The notes beneath the pieces are model-generated. The model was not told the DNA's origin, did not search any database, and worked only from the letters and a program-made list of their open reading frames with translations. The position numbers and the translations under genes were made by a program. From contig CAZMNF010000006.1 in the NCBI GenBank assembly GCA_964567595.1, positions 2,125-66,124 of the forward strand: DNA of 64,000 bases, in the 5' to 3' direction. This DNA is from an uncultured Thermotogae bacterium (GTDB taxonomy: Bacteria > Bipolaricaulota > Bipolaricaulia > RBG-16-55-9). Position 1 is the first letter of the stretch. The number at the start of each line of letters is the position of its first letter. Of the stretch, positions 17,712 through 26,367 are shown piece by piece.

Positions 17712-18617
17712 TCAGATGTCGATGCGATCCTCGACGGGGTTGTCCAGACGGCCGTGCTCGTGGAAGTAGACCATCGTCGTCTGGATCGAGCGATGGCGAG
17801 CGGCAGCCTGGGCCTCCATGAGCGAGGCGCCCCCTTCGATGGCGAGCGTGACGAAGCTGTGGCGGAGCGAGTGGACGGACGTTCGGTCCGTCTTGACCCC
17901 GGCCCGTTCGAAGTAGTGCGTGATCCGACGACGGATATGGCGCGTGCTCAGACGAGCCTCGCCCGGATGATTCGCTGCGGATGCTTTCGTGAACAGCGGC
18001 TCGTTCGGCTCCGCCGCGCCCCGCTCGTCCAGGTAGGCTTCCAGTGCCGTCTCGGTAGGCTCCGCGAGCACGACGAACTCATCCCGTTCGTCGCGGCCCT
18101 TGCCCCAGATGCGCATGATCTGGCGATGCTGGCGGGCTTCCAGATCGCCGACGTTGGCCCGATGGATCTCGATGATCCGCAGCCCGTTTCGGGCCATCAG
18201 GTTGATCATGGCGTAGTCCCGCTTGCCCAGCTCGGTGGAGGTATCAATCGCGTCGAAGACCGCGCGCAGTTCGCCCCGCGTCAGGTCGCGACGCAAGTGC
18301 CCGCGAGGACGCCGCAGCCCCTTGAGGCCCTCCACGGGGTTCTTCTGAATCAGATCGTTGGCAGCCGCGTACTGGAAAAACCGCCGCAGGGCCACCCAGT
18401 AGGTCAGCACGGTGTTGGCCGATCGTTGGCCCTTGAGCCACTCTCGGTACGCTCGGACGGTCTCCGGGCTCGGCTCGGCCTCGGCGCCGTCGTGGCTCGC
18501 CAGCCAACGCGTGAAGCTCTTCAGCGCCTCCTCGTAGGTCCGGACGGTGTTCGACGACACGTCCAGGGACTCGAGAAACGCCGGGATTGCCTTCTGCCAA
18601 GCGGGCACACCGTTCAC
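17712..18617 (-). CDS. Tyrosine recombinase (XerC/XerD-like)
   Basis: SAM-like N-terminus (NTVRTYEEALKSF); catalytic set R (NGLRIIEI), K (WGKG), HSLRH, H (HRS), Y (TMVY). Start taken as GTG 18617. Confidence 0.92.
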   Translation of the reverse strand: MNGVPAWQKAIPAFLESLDVSSNTVRTYEEALKSFTRWLASHDGAEAEPSPETVRAYREWLKGQRSANTVLTYWVALRRFFQYAAANDLIQKNPVEGLKGLRRPRGHLRRDLTRGELRAVFDAIDTSTELGKRDYAMINLMARNGLRIIEIHRANVGDLEARQHRQIMRIWGKGRDERDEFVVLAEPTETALEAYLDERGAAEPNEPLFTKASAANHPGEARLSTRHIRRRITHYFERAGVKTDRTSVHSLRHSFVTLAIEGGASLMEAQAAARHRSIQTTMVYFHEHGRLDNPVEDRIDI

Positions 18618-18627
18618 CTCCGGCTCA

Positions 18628-18657
18628 ATTCTAGACGAGCCCCCGCGGCAGGGACAA
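18628..18657 (-). promoter_or_regulatory. Sigma70-type promoter for the recombinase (very short leader)
   Basis: Minus strand TTGTCC (18657-18652), N18, TAGAAT (18633-18628). Confidence 0.55.
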
Positions 18658-18795
18658 CACCGGATGTCCAACTGTAACGCGCGTGACATTACCGTGTGAC
18701 CAAGTTCCCACCCCCGCTTAACCGACCTCCTCTGTGACATGCGTTACCCCTGCTACAGTAAGCTCAGACCACTCCCAAGGAGGAGGCAGATTTCG

Positions 18796-19695
18796 ATGAG
18801 CAGAACATGCTTCACAGTGGCGATGGCGATCATCTTCGCCGGCCTGTTGATCGCCCCCCTCGCGATGGCCGAGGAGGATTCGGCCAGTCTGGAAGAGAAG
18901 GTCGAGTCGCTCTCCCAGAGCGTGGACAGCCTCGAGGACATGGTCAAGGATCTCTCCTATAAGCTGGAACAGACCCAGTCGACCAACGGCGTCGTCAAGG
19001 ACGTCTCCTACGAGGTCAAGAAGCTCGAAGGTCAGGTCAAAGACCTGCAGAACCTCCAGAGCCAAGTCGAGGAGTTGCCCTCGAAGATCGCGTCGTTGGA
19101 GAGCAAGATCGAGGGCGTCGGCGCCAGCACGAGCGAGAAGATCAAGACCATCCAAGGCCGCGTCTACGACCTGGAAACGACCATGGACGGCCTAGATTCG
19201 CGGCTCTCAACCGTTGAGGGCAAGGTCCGCGAGCTGCTCTCGCTCGACAAGGACGTCACCCAGCTCAGCGACGAGGTCAAATCGCTCAGCCAACAGGTCT
19301 CGCAAATGGCTGAGCAACCGACCGGTCCACAGGCAACGGCCAAGTTGACCGATCGGATTGAGAGCATCCGCATGGAGCTGGATGGACAGACGAGCGAGCT
19401 TTCCGAGCGCATCTCCAGCTTGGAGAATGAGATCGGCAGCTTGCCCATCTCCAGCATGCAGTCCGACATTGCCGATAACATGAGCCGCATCGATTCGCTC
19501 GAGTCTCAACTCAACACGCAAACCGTCAGCCCGGACAAGATCCAGCAGCTCCAGTCGCGCATCGTTGAACTCGAGGAGCAGATGCAGACTCAGATCGAGG
19601 ACGTCCAGTCGCAAACCACCACGAGCACGGCGCTGGCCACGGCGGGTCTGATCTCCGGCGTGGCGGCATTGGCCGCAGCCTTCGGTCTCTTCTAG
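18796..19695 (+). CDS. Exported long coiled-coil protein with a C-terminal hydrophobic anchor
   Basis: SD AGGAGGAGG; signal peptide ending AMA; about 245 aa of heptad pattern; terminal STALATAGLISGVAALAAAFGLF. Confidence 0.85.
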   Translation: MSRTCFTVAMAIIFAGLLIAPLAMAEEDSASLEEKVESLSQSVDSLEDMVKDLSYKLEQTQSTNGVVKDVSYEVKKLEGQVKDLQNLQSQVEELPSKIASLESKIEGVGASTSEKIKTIQGRVYDLETTMDGLDSRLSTVEGKVRELLSLDKDVTQLSDEVKSLSQQVSQMAEQPTGPQATAKLTDRIESIRMELDGQTSELSERISSLENEIGSLPISSMQSDIADNMSRIDSLESQLNTQTVSPDKIQQLQSRIVELEEQMQTQIEDVQSQTTTSTALATAGLISGVAALAAAFGLF

Positions 19696-19782
19696 ACGTG
19701 GCACCCAACCACCGCACCGACGACGGACCGGACGCGTCCGTCCCGTTCGCTTAAGAACCCGCCTGCGCGTCAGGCAAGTTGC

Positions 19783-19826
19783 GAGCCATCCTGGTCTGGC
19801 CTCCTCACCAGGGTGGCTCTTTCTTT
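19783..19826 (+). terminator. Intrinsic terminator
   Basis: 13-bp stem GAGCCATCCTGGT / ACCAGGGTGGCTC followed by TTTCTTT. Confidence 0.8.
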
Positions 19827-19947
19827 CCCTCCGCATTGGCCCATGATATCGGGGAGTCTAGCTTGCCCGGCGAGATGGGGCTCCGACGCGAATCACACGG
19901 AAGCTTGGCCAGCGCGCGTTGACGCTCTATCTTGATTCAATGGATAA

Positions 19948-20673
19948 TCAGTCGGCGAACTCCATGCCGCTGAACCGCAAGGCAGCCAGGATCAACAGCA
20001 CGACGCCCACCCCGACCAGGACGACCAGCGAGGTCAGCGGATCAAGGGAGTTGGTGCTTCCCTGAAGCGCGCGCGTCAGCTCCTCGGCATAGTGCCGGAT
20101 GCTGATCTGCGTCGCGAGCGTGGAGACGCGGCTGAGGGCTTCTTCCCAACCCAGCAGAAAGACGAATCCCCACAGGAGCCCGCGCTCCAGGAGCGTCCCC
20201 AGCGCGAAGAACAGGGCTCCGTAAGCGAAGACCGTCGGAATCAGCGCGCCCAGGTGGGCTCCGAGCGTTGCGGGATCGGCCGTCATCGCGCCCACGGTGC
20301 CGAGCGAGCTCAGGACCGTGACGAGGAGCGCGATGGCGACGGCACCCGCGAACTTGCCGACGACGATCGACGCCCGGCTGATGGGCTTGGTCCAGAGATA
20401 TGGCATCGTCCCGTTGGCGATCTCGTCCCGAAGCGCCGACGCGGTCAGCAGCAGCGCGAGGACAGGGTAGAGCAACGGCAGCATAAAGTCGGCAAACAAC
20501 GCGTCAGCAAACTGCCCGGCGGACGTCAGGTCGGTTTCCCACTGGGCGGCGGCCCAGTAGACAATCGCGATGATCCAGGGCAGAATCGCCAATACGCCCG
20601 CAAACGCGAGCAGCCCGAGGCGGCTGCCGTACTGTCGCAGCGTCAGTTTCGCCAGCGCCATCGTCGTGGTCAT
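19948..20673 (-). CDS. ABC-2 type permease
   Basis: About 6 TM helices; LRDEIANGTMPYLWTKPISRASIVVGKF. Confidence 0.88.
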   Translation of the reverse strand: MTTTMALAKLTLRQYGSRLGLLAFAGVLAILPWIIAIVYWAAAQWETDLTSAGQFADALFADFMLPLLYPVLALLLTASALRDEIANGTMPYLWTKPISRASIVVGKFAGAVAIALLVTVLSSLGTVGAMTADPATLGAHLGALIPTVFAYGALFFALGTLLERGLLWGFVFLLGWEEALSRVSTLATQISIRHYAEELTRALQGSTNSLDPLTSLVVLVGVGVVLLILAALRFSGMEFAD

Positions 20674-21578
20674 TGCACCAAGTACCGGAACACGCTCTCC
20701 AAGTCCTCGTCCAGGCTCGTGATTCCCGTCAAGCGAATCTCAGCATCGAGCGCCACGCGTGGCAGCTTGCGATAGAACGTCGACGGGTCCGCGATGTCCA
20801 CCACAACGCGGCCCTCTTGGAGCTCGACGCCGTTCACCAGATCGCCCTCTGTGAGGACAGCCGCCAGGCGCCGCGGCTCCTCGGCTTCGAGCGACACTTT
20901 GTGAGGGCGTCCGTCCATCGCCTCGCGGATGGCTTGATAGTCGCCGGATGCGAGCAATCGGCCCCGGTGGATCAAGACGATCTCCGCGGCCATCCGCTCG
21001 ACCTCGTGCAACACATGGGACGACACCACCACCGTCTTACCGGCTTGGCCGAGCCCGACGATAAGATCCATGAGCGTGCGTCGCTGGGTCGGGTCGGCCC
21101 CCTTGAGCGGCTCGTCCAACAATAACACGTCGGGCTCGTGCAACAGCGCTTGGGCCATCTTGATCCGCTGCCGCATGCCGCGGCTGTAGGCGCGAATGCG
21201 CTTCTCCGCCTGATCGACCAGATCGACCTGCTCCAGCGCCCGTTGCGCGGCAGCGTCCGGTTCGCTGAGCCCGTGCAGGCTGGCGTTCATGGCCAAGAAG
21301 GCGCGCCCCGTCATGAACCCGTAGAGCGTCTCGCCCTCGGGGCAGTAGCCGATGCGGCCATAGAGGCCCGGATCGGATCGCGGTGAGGCCTCCCAAAGCG
21401 TCACGGTGCCTGATGTCGGGGCCAGCAACCCGGTCATCAACTTCAACAGCGTCGTCTTGCCTGCCCCGTTCGGGCCCAAAAGCCCCGTCACGCCTGGGCC
21501 AATCGCCACCGAGACGTCGCTGAGGGCGACCACATCGCCGTAACGTTTCGTGGCGCTATCGACCTGGATGACGGCCAA
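20670..21578 (-). CDS. ABC transporter ATP-binding protein
   Basis: GPNGAGKT, YSRGMRQR, LLLDEP, SSH. Start taken as TTG 21578. Confidence 0.93.
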   Translation of the reverse strand: MAVIQVDSATKRYGDVVALSDVSVAIGPGVTGLLGPNGAGKTTLLKLMTGLLAPTSGTVTLWEASPRSDPGLYGRIGYCPEGETLYGFMTGRAFLAMNASLHGLSEPDAAAQRALEQVDLVDQAEKRIRAYSRGMRQRIKMAQALLHEPDVLLLDEPLKGADPTQRRTLMDLIVGLGQAGKTVVVSSHVLHEVERMAAEIVLIHRGRLLASGDYQAIREAMDGRPHKVSLEAEEPRRLAAVLTEGDLVNGVELQEGRVVVDIADPSTFYRKLPRVALDAEIRLTGITSLDEDLESVFRYLVQ

Positions 21579-21579
21579 A

Positions 21580-22518
21580 CTAGCGCACCTCCCGGCGATA
21601 CTGGCCCCAAACAACCGCCCACGACACGACAATGAGAGCCAGCGTCTCCACGAGGTAGATCCACGCTGACAGTGGCTCGAAGCTGACCGTGCTCGACTCG
21701 TCGCCGACCTGGATCGGGGCTTGGATGCTTTGCAGCGTGCCGAACAAGGCGTCTTTCACGTAGGTCGCCGCGCTGCTGACGTCGACGAGGGTGAACCAGG
21801 GGTTTTGCGTGATGAGAAACAGCAGCGACGGCACGAACGATAACAGCATCAGCCCACCGATCAAGCCGCCCGCTGCGTAGCCCCGGTTTGTGGTCAACGA
21901 GGAGACGGCCATGGCCAGGCTCGCGACAAACAACGCCATCAAGACCGAGCTGATGAGCAGCGCCCCGACATCCCGAAGATGATCGGTCAGATAGCTCACG
22001 GGAGCGCCGGCCAAGACGACTTTGGCTCCCAGCAGGATCACCCCCGGCCCCAACGTGAAGAGCAACAAGACGCCAAATATGGCCGATCCCTTCGCCAGCA
22101 GGTAGTCGGACGCATGGATGGGCCGCGACAGGTAGAGCGGATAGACGCCGTAGGCCCGATCGGTGCAGATGAGCATGGGGGCCGCCATGGCGCTGATGAA
22201 AATCAGAATCAGCTGGATCGACCCGAGCAAGGAACTGTAGGGGTTGAACTGGACGCCGGAGACGCCCTGTTGGGTGGCCATGCTCTCCATGAGCTGGCTG
22301 CTGAAGACCTGCGTCGCCAGCAGAGCCGCTTCGATCCCGACGAGAATGATGAGAATGACCTTGTAGCGTCCGCTCTGTTTGATGCCGAGCGCCCGCTTCA
22401 TGTCATCCCAGATCAGGCCGGCCAACGCGGCACCCCGACCCTGATATTGGCCCTCGAAGGGCCGATAGCCGACGTCGTAGATCTGGCCGCGCCGCTGCTC
22501 GGCGGTCTCCTCGTTCAT
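21580..22518 (-). CDS. ABC-2 type permease
   Basis: Multiple TMs; DRAYGVYPLYLSRPIHASDYLLAK. Confidence 0.88.
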   Translation of the reverse strand: MNEETAEQRRGQIYDVGYRPFEGQYQGRGAALAGLIWDDMKRALGIKQSGRYKVILIILVGIEAALLATQVFSSQLMESMATQQGVSGVQFNPYSSLLGSIQLILIFISAMAAPMLICTDRAYGVYPLYLSRPIHASDYLLAKGSAIFGVLLLFTLGPGVILLGAKVVLAGAPVSYLTDHLRDVGALLISSVLMALFVASLAMAVSSLTTNRGYAAGGLIGGLMLLSFVPSLLFLITQNPWFTLVDVSSAATYVKDALFGTLQSIQAPIQVGDESSTVSFEPLSAWIYLVETLALIVVSWAVVWGQYRREVR

Positions 22519-23435
22519 GGTTCGGACTCCTGGTGCAGCGCCAAGAAGACGTCCTCTAAGGATCGCGATTCGCGCTCCAAGCGACGCAACTCGACGCCCG
22601 TGTCGGCCGCGGCCCGCAAGATTCCGTCTTCGGGGTTATCGCCGCGGATGAGCCAACTGTCCGGGCCCGTCTCGACCGCCTCCAGGCCCTCGGTCTCGAG
22701 CCGTTCCTGGAACGACGTGCCGTCGCCGACGACGCGCACCAACACGCCCTCGCCGACGCCCTGCAACAGCTCGCGGAGCGCGCCGTCGGCCACAACCCGA
22801 CCCTCGCGAATGATCACCACGTGCTCGCAGACGCGTTCCACGTCGGGCAGCAGATGGGTTGAGATCAGCACGCTGAGCCCCATTTTCTCGTGAATGTCCG
22901 CGATGAGATCCAGCATCTCCACGCGCCCTTCGGGGTCGAGGCCGCTCGTGGGCTCGTCCAGCAGAACGAGATCGGGATCGTGCACGATCGACTGGGCCAG
23001 CTTGACACGCTGCTTCATGCCAATGCTGTAGCCCTCGATGGGGCGATAGCGCTCTTCCCCCAAGCCCACCAGATGGAGCACATCGTAGGCGCGTTGCACG
23101 GCTGACTCTCGCGGTAGCCCCGAGAGACGACCGAGGCGAACGACGAGGTCGTGGGCGCTGTGATCCGGGGGCAGGCATTCGTCCTCGGGCATGTAGCCGA
23201 TGCGCCGGCGCAGCTCCAGCCCATCGGTCGTGACGTCGTGGCCCAAAACGTCAGCGTTGCCGGCAGAGGGGATCAGCAACCCGAGAAGGAGCTTAATGAA
23301 GGTCGTCTTGCCCGCGCCGTTTTCGCCCAGCAGGCCGACGCTGCCCTCAGGCACCTCGAGCTCAAGCGAGTCGAGAGCGGGAACGCCATTGTAGCGCTTG
23401 GACAAGTTCTCGGCGCGAATAATCGGCCCGGCCAT
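22515..23435 (-). CDS. ABC transporter ATP-binding protein
   Basis: GENGAGKT, YSIGMKQR, LLDEPTSGLDP, STH. Confidence 0.94.
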   Translation of the reverse strand: MAGPIIRAENLSKRYNGVPALDSLELEVPEGSVGLLGENGAGKTTFIKLLLGLLIPSAGNADVLGHDVTTDGLELRRRIGYMPEDECLPPDHSAHDLVVRLGRLSGLPRESAVQRAYDVLHLVGLGEERYRPIEGYSIGMKQRVKLAQSIVHDPDLVLLDEPTSGLDPEGRVEMLDLIADIHEKMGLSVLISTHLLPDVERVCEHVVIIREGRVVADGALRELLQGVGEGVLVRVVGDGTSFQERLETEGLEAVETGPDSWLIRGDNPEDGILRAAADTGVELRRLERESRSLEDVFLALHQESEP

Positions 23436-23512
23436 GTTACGTTCACCGCTCCCTGGCTACGTCGCGCGGCCGCTACCGCGGGGTCCTGAGTGGGGTTGAA
23501 AGGCGGTTCGAA

Positions 23513-23866
23513 TCACTCGACCCACATCACGCGGGCCATGGGCGAGCCATCGCCTTGCCGCGGCGGGAGCTTCAATACGCGCGTGTATCCGCCTTGACGG
23601 CCCTCGAACTTCGGCCCGATTTCCTCGAAGAGCCGCTCCACGGCCTCTTTGTCCTGCAGCACTTTGAAGGCCTCCCGCCGGGCGGCGGTGTCGCCCTTCT
23701 TGGCCCAGGTCACACAGCGTTCGGCCAGACGCCGGCTCTCTTTGGCGCGTGCCTCGGTCGTGTCGACCTTGCCGTGCTCAATGAGCGCCTTGACCTGGCT
23801 GGCGAGCATCAACTTGCGGTGCGACTGAGCTCGCCCGAGCTTGCGATGTCCCTTCATGTGTCTCAT
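23513..23866 (-). CDS. rplQ: 50S ribosomal protein bL17
   Basis: MRHMKGHRKLGR, TTEARAKE, GGYTRV, RQGDGSPMA. Confidence 0.97.
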   Translation of the reverse strand: MRHMKGHRKLGRAQSHRKLMLASQVKALIEHGKVDTTEARAKESRRLAERCVTWAKKGDTAARREAFKVLQDKEAVERLFEEIGPKFEGRQGGYTRVLKLPPRQGDGSPMARVMWVE

Positions 23867-23885
23867 AGCGACTCACCCTCCAGCG

Positions 23886-24866
23886 TTAGCCGACCGACGG
23901 ATCGTTGATCTCGTAGCCGAGCTCGTGGAGGCGTTCCTCGACCTTGACCAACGACTTCTCGCCGAAATTGTTGATGTCCAGAAGCTCCTCTCGCGACTGG
24001 GACAGCAGGTCCCTGAGCGTCAGAATGCCGCGGCTGCGCAGGAGATTGCAGGCTCGCGTGTCGAAGCCGAGATCCTCCAGCGTCTCGTCCAAGTCCTCCG
24101 AGACGTCTTCAGCCTCCGTGCTGGCGAAGGGGTGCGACGCCGTGAACTCGGCGAAGAGCTGGAAGTGATTGATGAGAATCTGGGCCGCTTCGTGGAGCGC
24201 TTCGCCCGGCTGGATGCCGCCGTGAGTCTCGATCTCGAGCACGAGCCGATCGAAGTCGGTCCGCTCGCCGACACGGGTCTCCTCCACGCGATAGTTGACC
24301 CGCTTGATCGGGGAGAAGTCAGCGTCGATGGCGATCACGCCCAGCGGCATGTCCTCGCGCTTGTTCCGCTCGGCGGGCTGGTAGCCGTAGCCGGACTCGA
24401 TCTCCAGTTCGAGCTCCAGTTCGGACCCTTCGTCCAGCGTGGCGATGTGATGGTCCGGGTTGATGACCTCCGCGCCAGCGGGCAGCTCGACCTGGTCTGC
24501 CGTTACGTCGTCGGGGCCCTCGGCGGTGAGGAACGCGCGGTGGAAGCCGTCGCCATGGGTTAGCCGAACGGCCAGTTCCTTGAGGTTCAGAATGATCTCC
24601 AGCACCGTCTCCTTGACGCCGGGGATCGTGTCGTACTCGTGATACTTGCCGCTGAAGCGCACGCGCGTTACCGCCGCACCGGGAATCGACGACAGGAGCA
24701 CCCGCCGCAGGGCGTTGCCCAACGTCGTTCCGTATCCGCGCTCGAGCGGCTCGATCACGAGGCGGCCTTCGCTCTCCCCCAGCTCCTGTTCGACCAGCTG
24801 GGGCACCACGGCTTGCCCGCCGTTCATGCCGGTCCGCTCTGAGCTCATCATCGTCGCATCGCTCAC
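23886..24866 (-). CDS. rpoA: RNA polymerase alpha subunit
   Basis: EPLERGYGTTLGNALRRVLLSS, DFSPIKRV, RTDFDRL, alpha-CTD RACNLL...NFGEKS. Start uncertain (GTG 24866 after AGGAGG chosen). Confidence 0.96.
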   Translation of the reverse strand: MSDATMMSSERTGMNGGQAVVPQLVEQELGESEGRLVIEPLERGYGTTLGNALRRVLLSSIPGAAVTRVRFSGKYHEYDTIPGVKETVLEIILNLKELAVRLTHGDGFHRAFLTAEGPDDVTADQVELPAGAEVINPDHHIATLDEGSELELELEIESGYGYQPAERNKREDMPLGVIAIDADFSPIKRVNYRVEETRVGERTDFDRLVLEIETHGGIQPGEALHEAAQILINHFQLFAEFTASHPFASTEAEDVSEDLDETLEDLGFDTRACNLLRSRGILTLRDLLSQSREELLDINNFGEKSLVKVEERLHELGYEINDPSVG

Positions 24867-24881
24867 GATCGGCAATCCTCC

Positions 24882-25505
24882 TTATCGGGAGTAGTACTCC
24901 ACGATGAGGTTCATCTCCAAGTCCTGTTGAATCTCATCGGTGATCGGCTGTTCCAGAACGCGGAGTTGTCCATTCGTCCGCTCAAGCCATTCCGGCACGT
25001 CACTCTTGCTGTTCTCCTCCATGATCGCCTTGATGCCCTTTTTGCCCTGCGAGTTCTCCTTGAACTCGATGGCGTCGCCGGGCTTGACCAAGAACGATGG
25101 GATGTCCACGCGGCGGCCGTTGACCCAGACGTGGCCGTGATTGACCAACTGGCGGGCCTGATCGCGAGATGACGCCAGGCCGCCGCGATAGAGGCTGTTG
25201 TCCAGGCGTCGCTCCAACAGTCGCAGCAGCATGTCACCCGTGACGCCTTGGAACTTTTGCGCCGTCTCCACGTACTGCCGGAACTGGCGCTCCCGGATGC
25301 CGTAAATGCGACGGACCTTCTGCTTCTCCCGTAGGCGCAGGCCGTACTGCGACATGCGTCGCCGGCGGCGGCTCTGCTGCGTTCCGGGCGGGAACCGCCG
25401 CCGCGTCACCGGGCACTTTTCCGAGTAACACTTTGCGCCCTTGAGGAAGAGCTTTTCACCCTCCCGACGACAGAGTCTACACTTCGGGCCGGTATATCGT
25501 CCCAT
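24882..25505 (-). CDS. rpsD: 30S ribosomal protein uS4 (Zn type)
   Basis: MGRYTGPKCRLCRREG, LERRLDN, RQLVNHGH, IVEYYSR. Confidence 0.98.
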   Translation of the reverse strand: MGRYTGPKCRLCRREGEKLFLKGAKCYSEKCPVTRRRFPPGTQQSRRRRRMSQYGLRLREKQKVRRIYGIRERQFRQYVETAQKFQGVTGDMLLRLLERRLDNSLYRGGLASSRDQARQLVNHGHVWVNGRRVDIPSFLVKPGDAIEFKENSQGKKGIKAIMEENSKSDVPEWLERTNGQLRVLEQPITDEIQQDLEMNLIVEYYSR

Positions 25506-25520
25506 ATCTCGTCCGTCCTC

Positions 25521-25850
25521 CTAGTTGTGCGCGACCGGCGTGATGTTTTTGATCTCCTCGACGCGGATGTCGGATCCCTTGAACGTGTTGGTCACCGAGT
25601 TCCGCCCCGATCCGGTCCCGCGGACCGTCACCGTCATGGATTGGACGCCGAACTCGCGCATCTTGTCCATGAGCCGCTCGGCGGCGCGCTGCGCCGCGAA
25701 CGGCGTCCCCTTGCGCGAGCCCTTGAAGCCCACGGCGCCCGGGCTGCTCCAGGCGAGCACGTGGCCTTCCGGATCGGTCAAGGTCAGGATCGTGTTGTTG
25801 TAGGTCGCGTTCACGTGCACGCGGGCTCGGTCCACTCGTTTCTTCGCCAT
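25521..25850 (-). CDS. rpsK: 30S ribosomal protein uS11 (C-terminally short)
   Basis: TYNNTILT, WSSPGAVGFKGSRKGTPFAAQ; ends TPVAHN-stop. Confidence 0.95.
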   Translation of the reverse strand: MAKKRVDRARVHVNATYNNTILTLTDPEGHVLAWSSPGAVGFKGSRKGTPFAAQRAAERLMDKMREFGVQSMTVTVRGTGSGRNSVTNTFKGSDIRVEEIKNITPVAHN

Positions 25851-25866
25851 GTCAGTTCGTCACCTC

Positions 25867-26238
25867 TTATCTCCGCCGAGCGCCGGCCTTGGCCGGGCGC
25901 GGTCCCTTCCAGGATCGGGCGTTGGAGCGCGTGTTCTGACCGCGCGTCGGCAGTCCCTGGCTGTGGCGCCGACCGCGGTAGCTTTTGATCTCTTTGAGCC
26001 TGTCGATGTCGGCGCGCACCTTGCGGCGGAGCTCACCCTCAATGATGTAGTTCCCTTCAATTTGTCGCCGCAGCTCGGTGATCTCGCCTTCGGTGAGCTC
26101 GTGAACGCGCTTGTCGCCGTCGACGCCCGTGGCGTCGAGAACCTCTTGCGCTCGCGCGTCCCCGACCCCGTAGAGATAGGTCAGCGCGATCTTGGCCTTC
26201 TTGCGATTCGGCAAGTCAACACCGGCAATTCGTGCCAT
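25867..26238 (-). CDS. rpsM: 30S ribosomal protein uS13
   Basis: MARIAGVDLP, EGELRR, YRGRRH, GQNTRSNAR. Confidence 0.98.
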   Translation of the reverse strand: MARIAGVDLPNRKKAKIALTYLYGVGDARAQEVLDATGVDGDKRVHELTEGEITELRRQIEGNYIIEGELRRKVRADIDRLKEIKSYRGRRHSQGLPTRGQNTRSNARSWKGPRPAKAGARRR

Positions 26239-26253
26239 AAGCAAATCCTCCCG

Positions 26254-26367
26254 TCAGCCCTGACGCTGCTTGTGCTTCGGGTTCGAACAGATAATCATCA
26301 CTTTGCCGTGGCGTCGAATCAGCTTGCAGTGGTCGCAAATCTTTTTGACGGAACTCCGCACCTTCAT
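26254..26367 (-). CDS. rpmJ: 50S ribosomal protein bL36 (Zn type)
   Basis: [37 protein letters not shown] (37 aa). Confidence 0.98.
   Translation of the reverse strand: MKVRSSVKKICDHCKLIRRHGKVMIICSNPKHKQRQG

Noticed and set aside
17712-23435. Prophage or ICE interpretation of the recombinase region
   Set aside because: No structural, replication, relaxase or T4SS genes; neighbours are an envelope protein and an ABC exporter.
23469-23489. Minus-strand UCAGG-ACC-CCGC-GGU-AGCGGC resembling SRP RNA domain IV
   Set aside because: The loop is CCGC rather than a GNRA tetraloop, the flanking helix does not pair, and the 77-bp spacer is too short for a convincing 4.5S RNA.
23505-23514. 10-bp GGTTCGAATC identical to the tRNA-Leu T-loop (17077-17086), suggesting attL/attR around a 6.4-kb island
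   Set aside because: The match does not extend into the tRNA 3' end, overlaps the rplQ stop codon, and a 10-mer hit is plausible by chance; the enclosed genes look host-like in composition.
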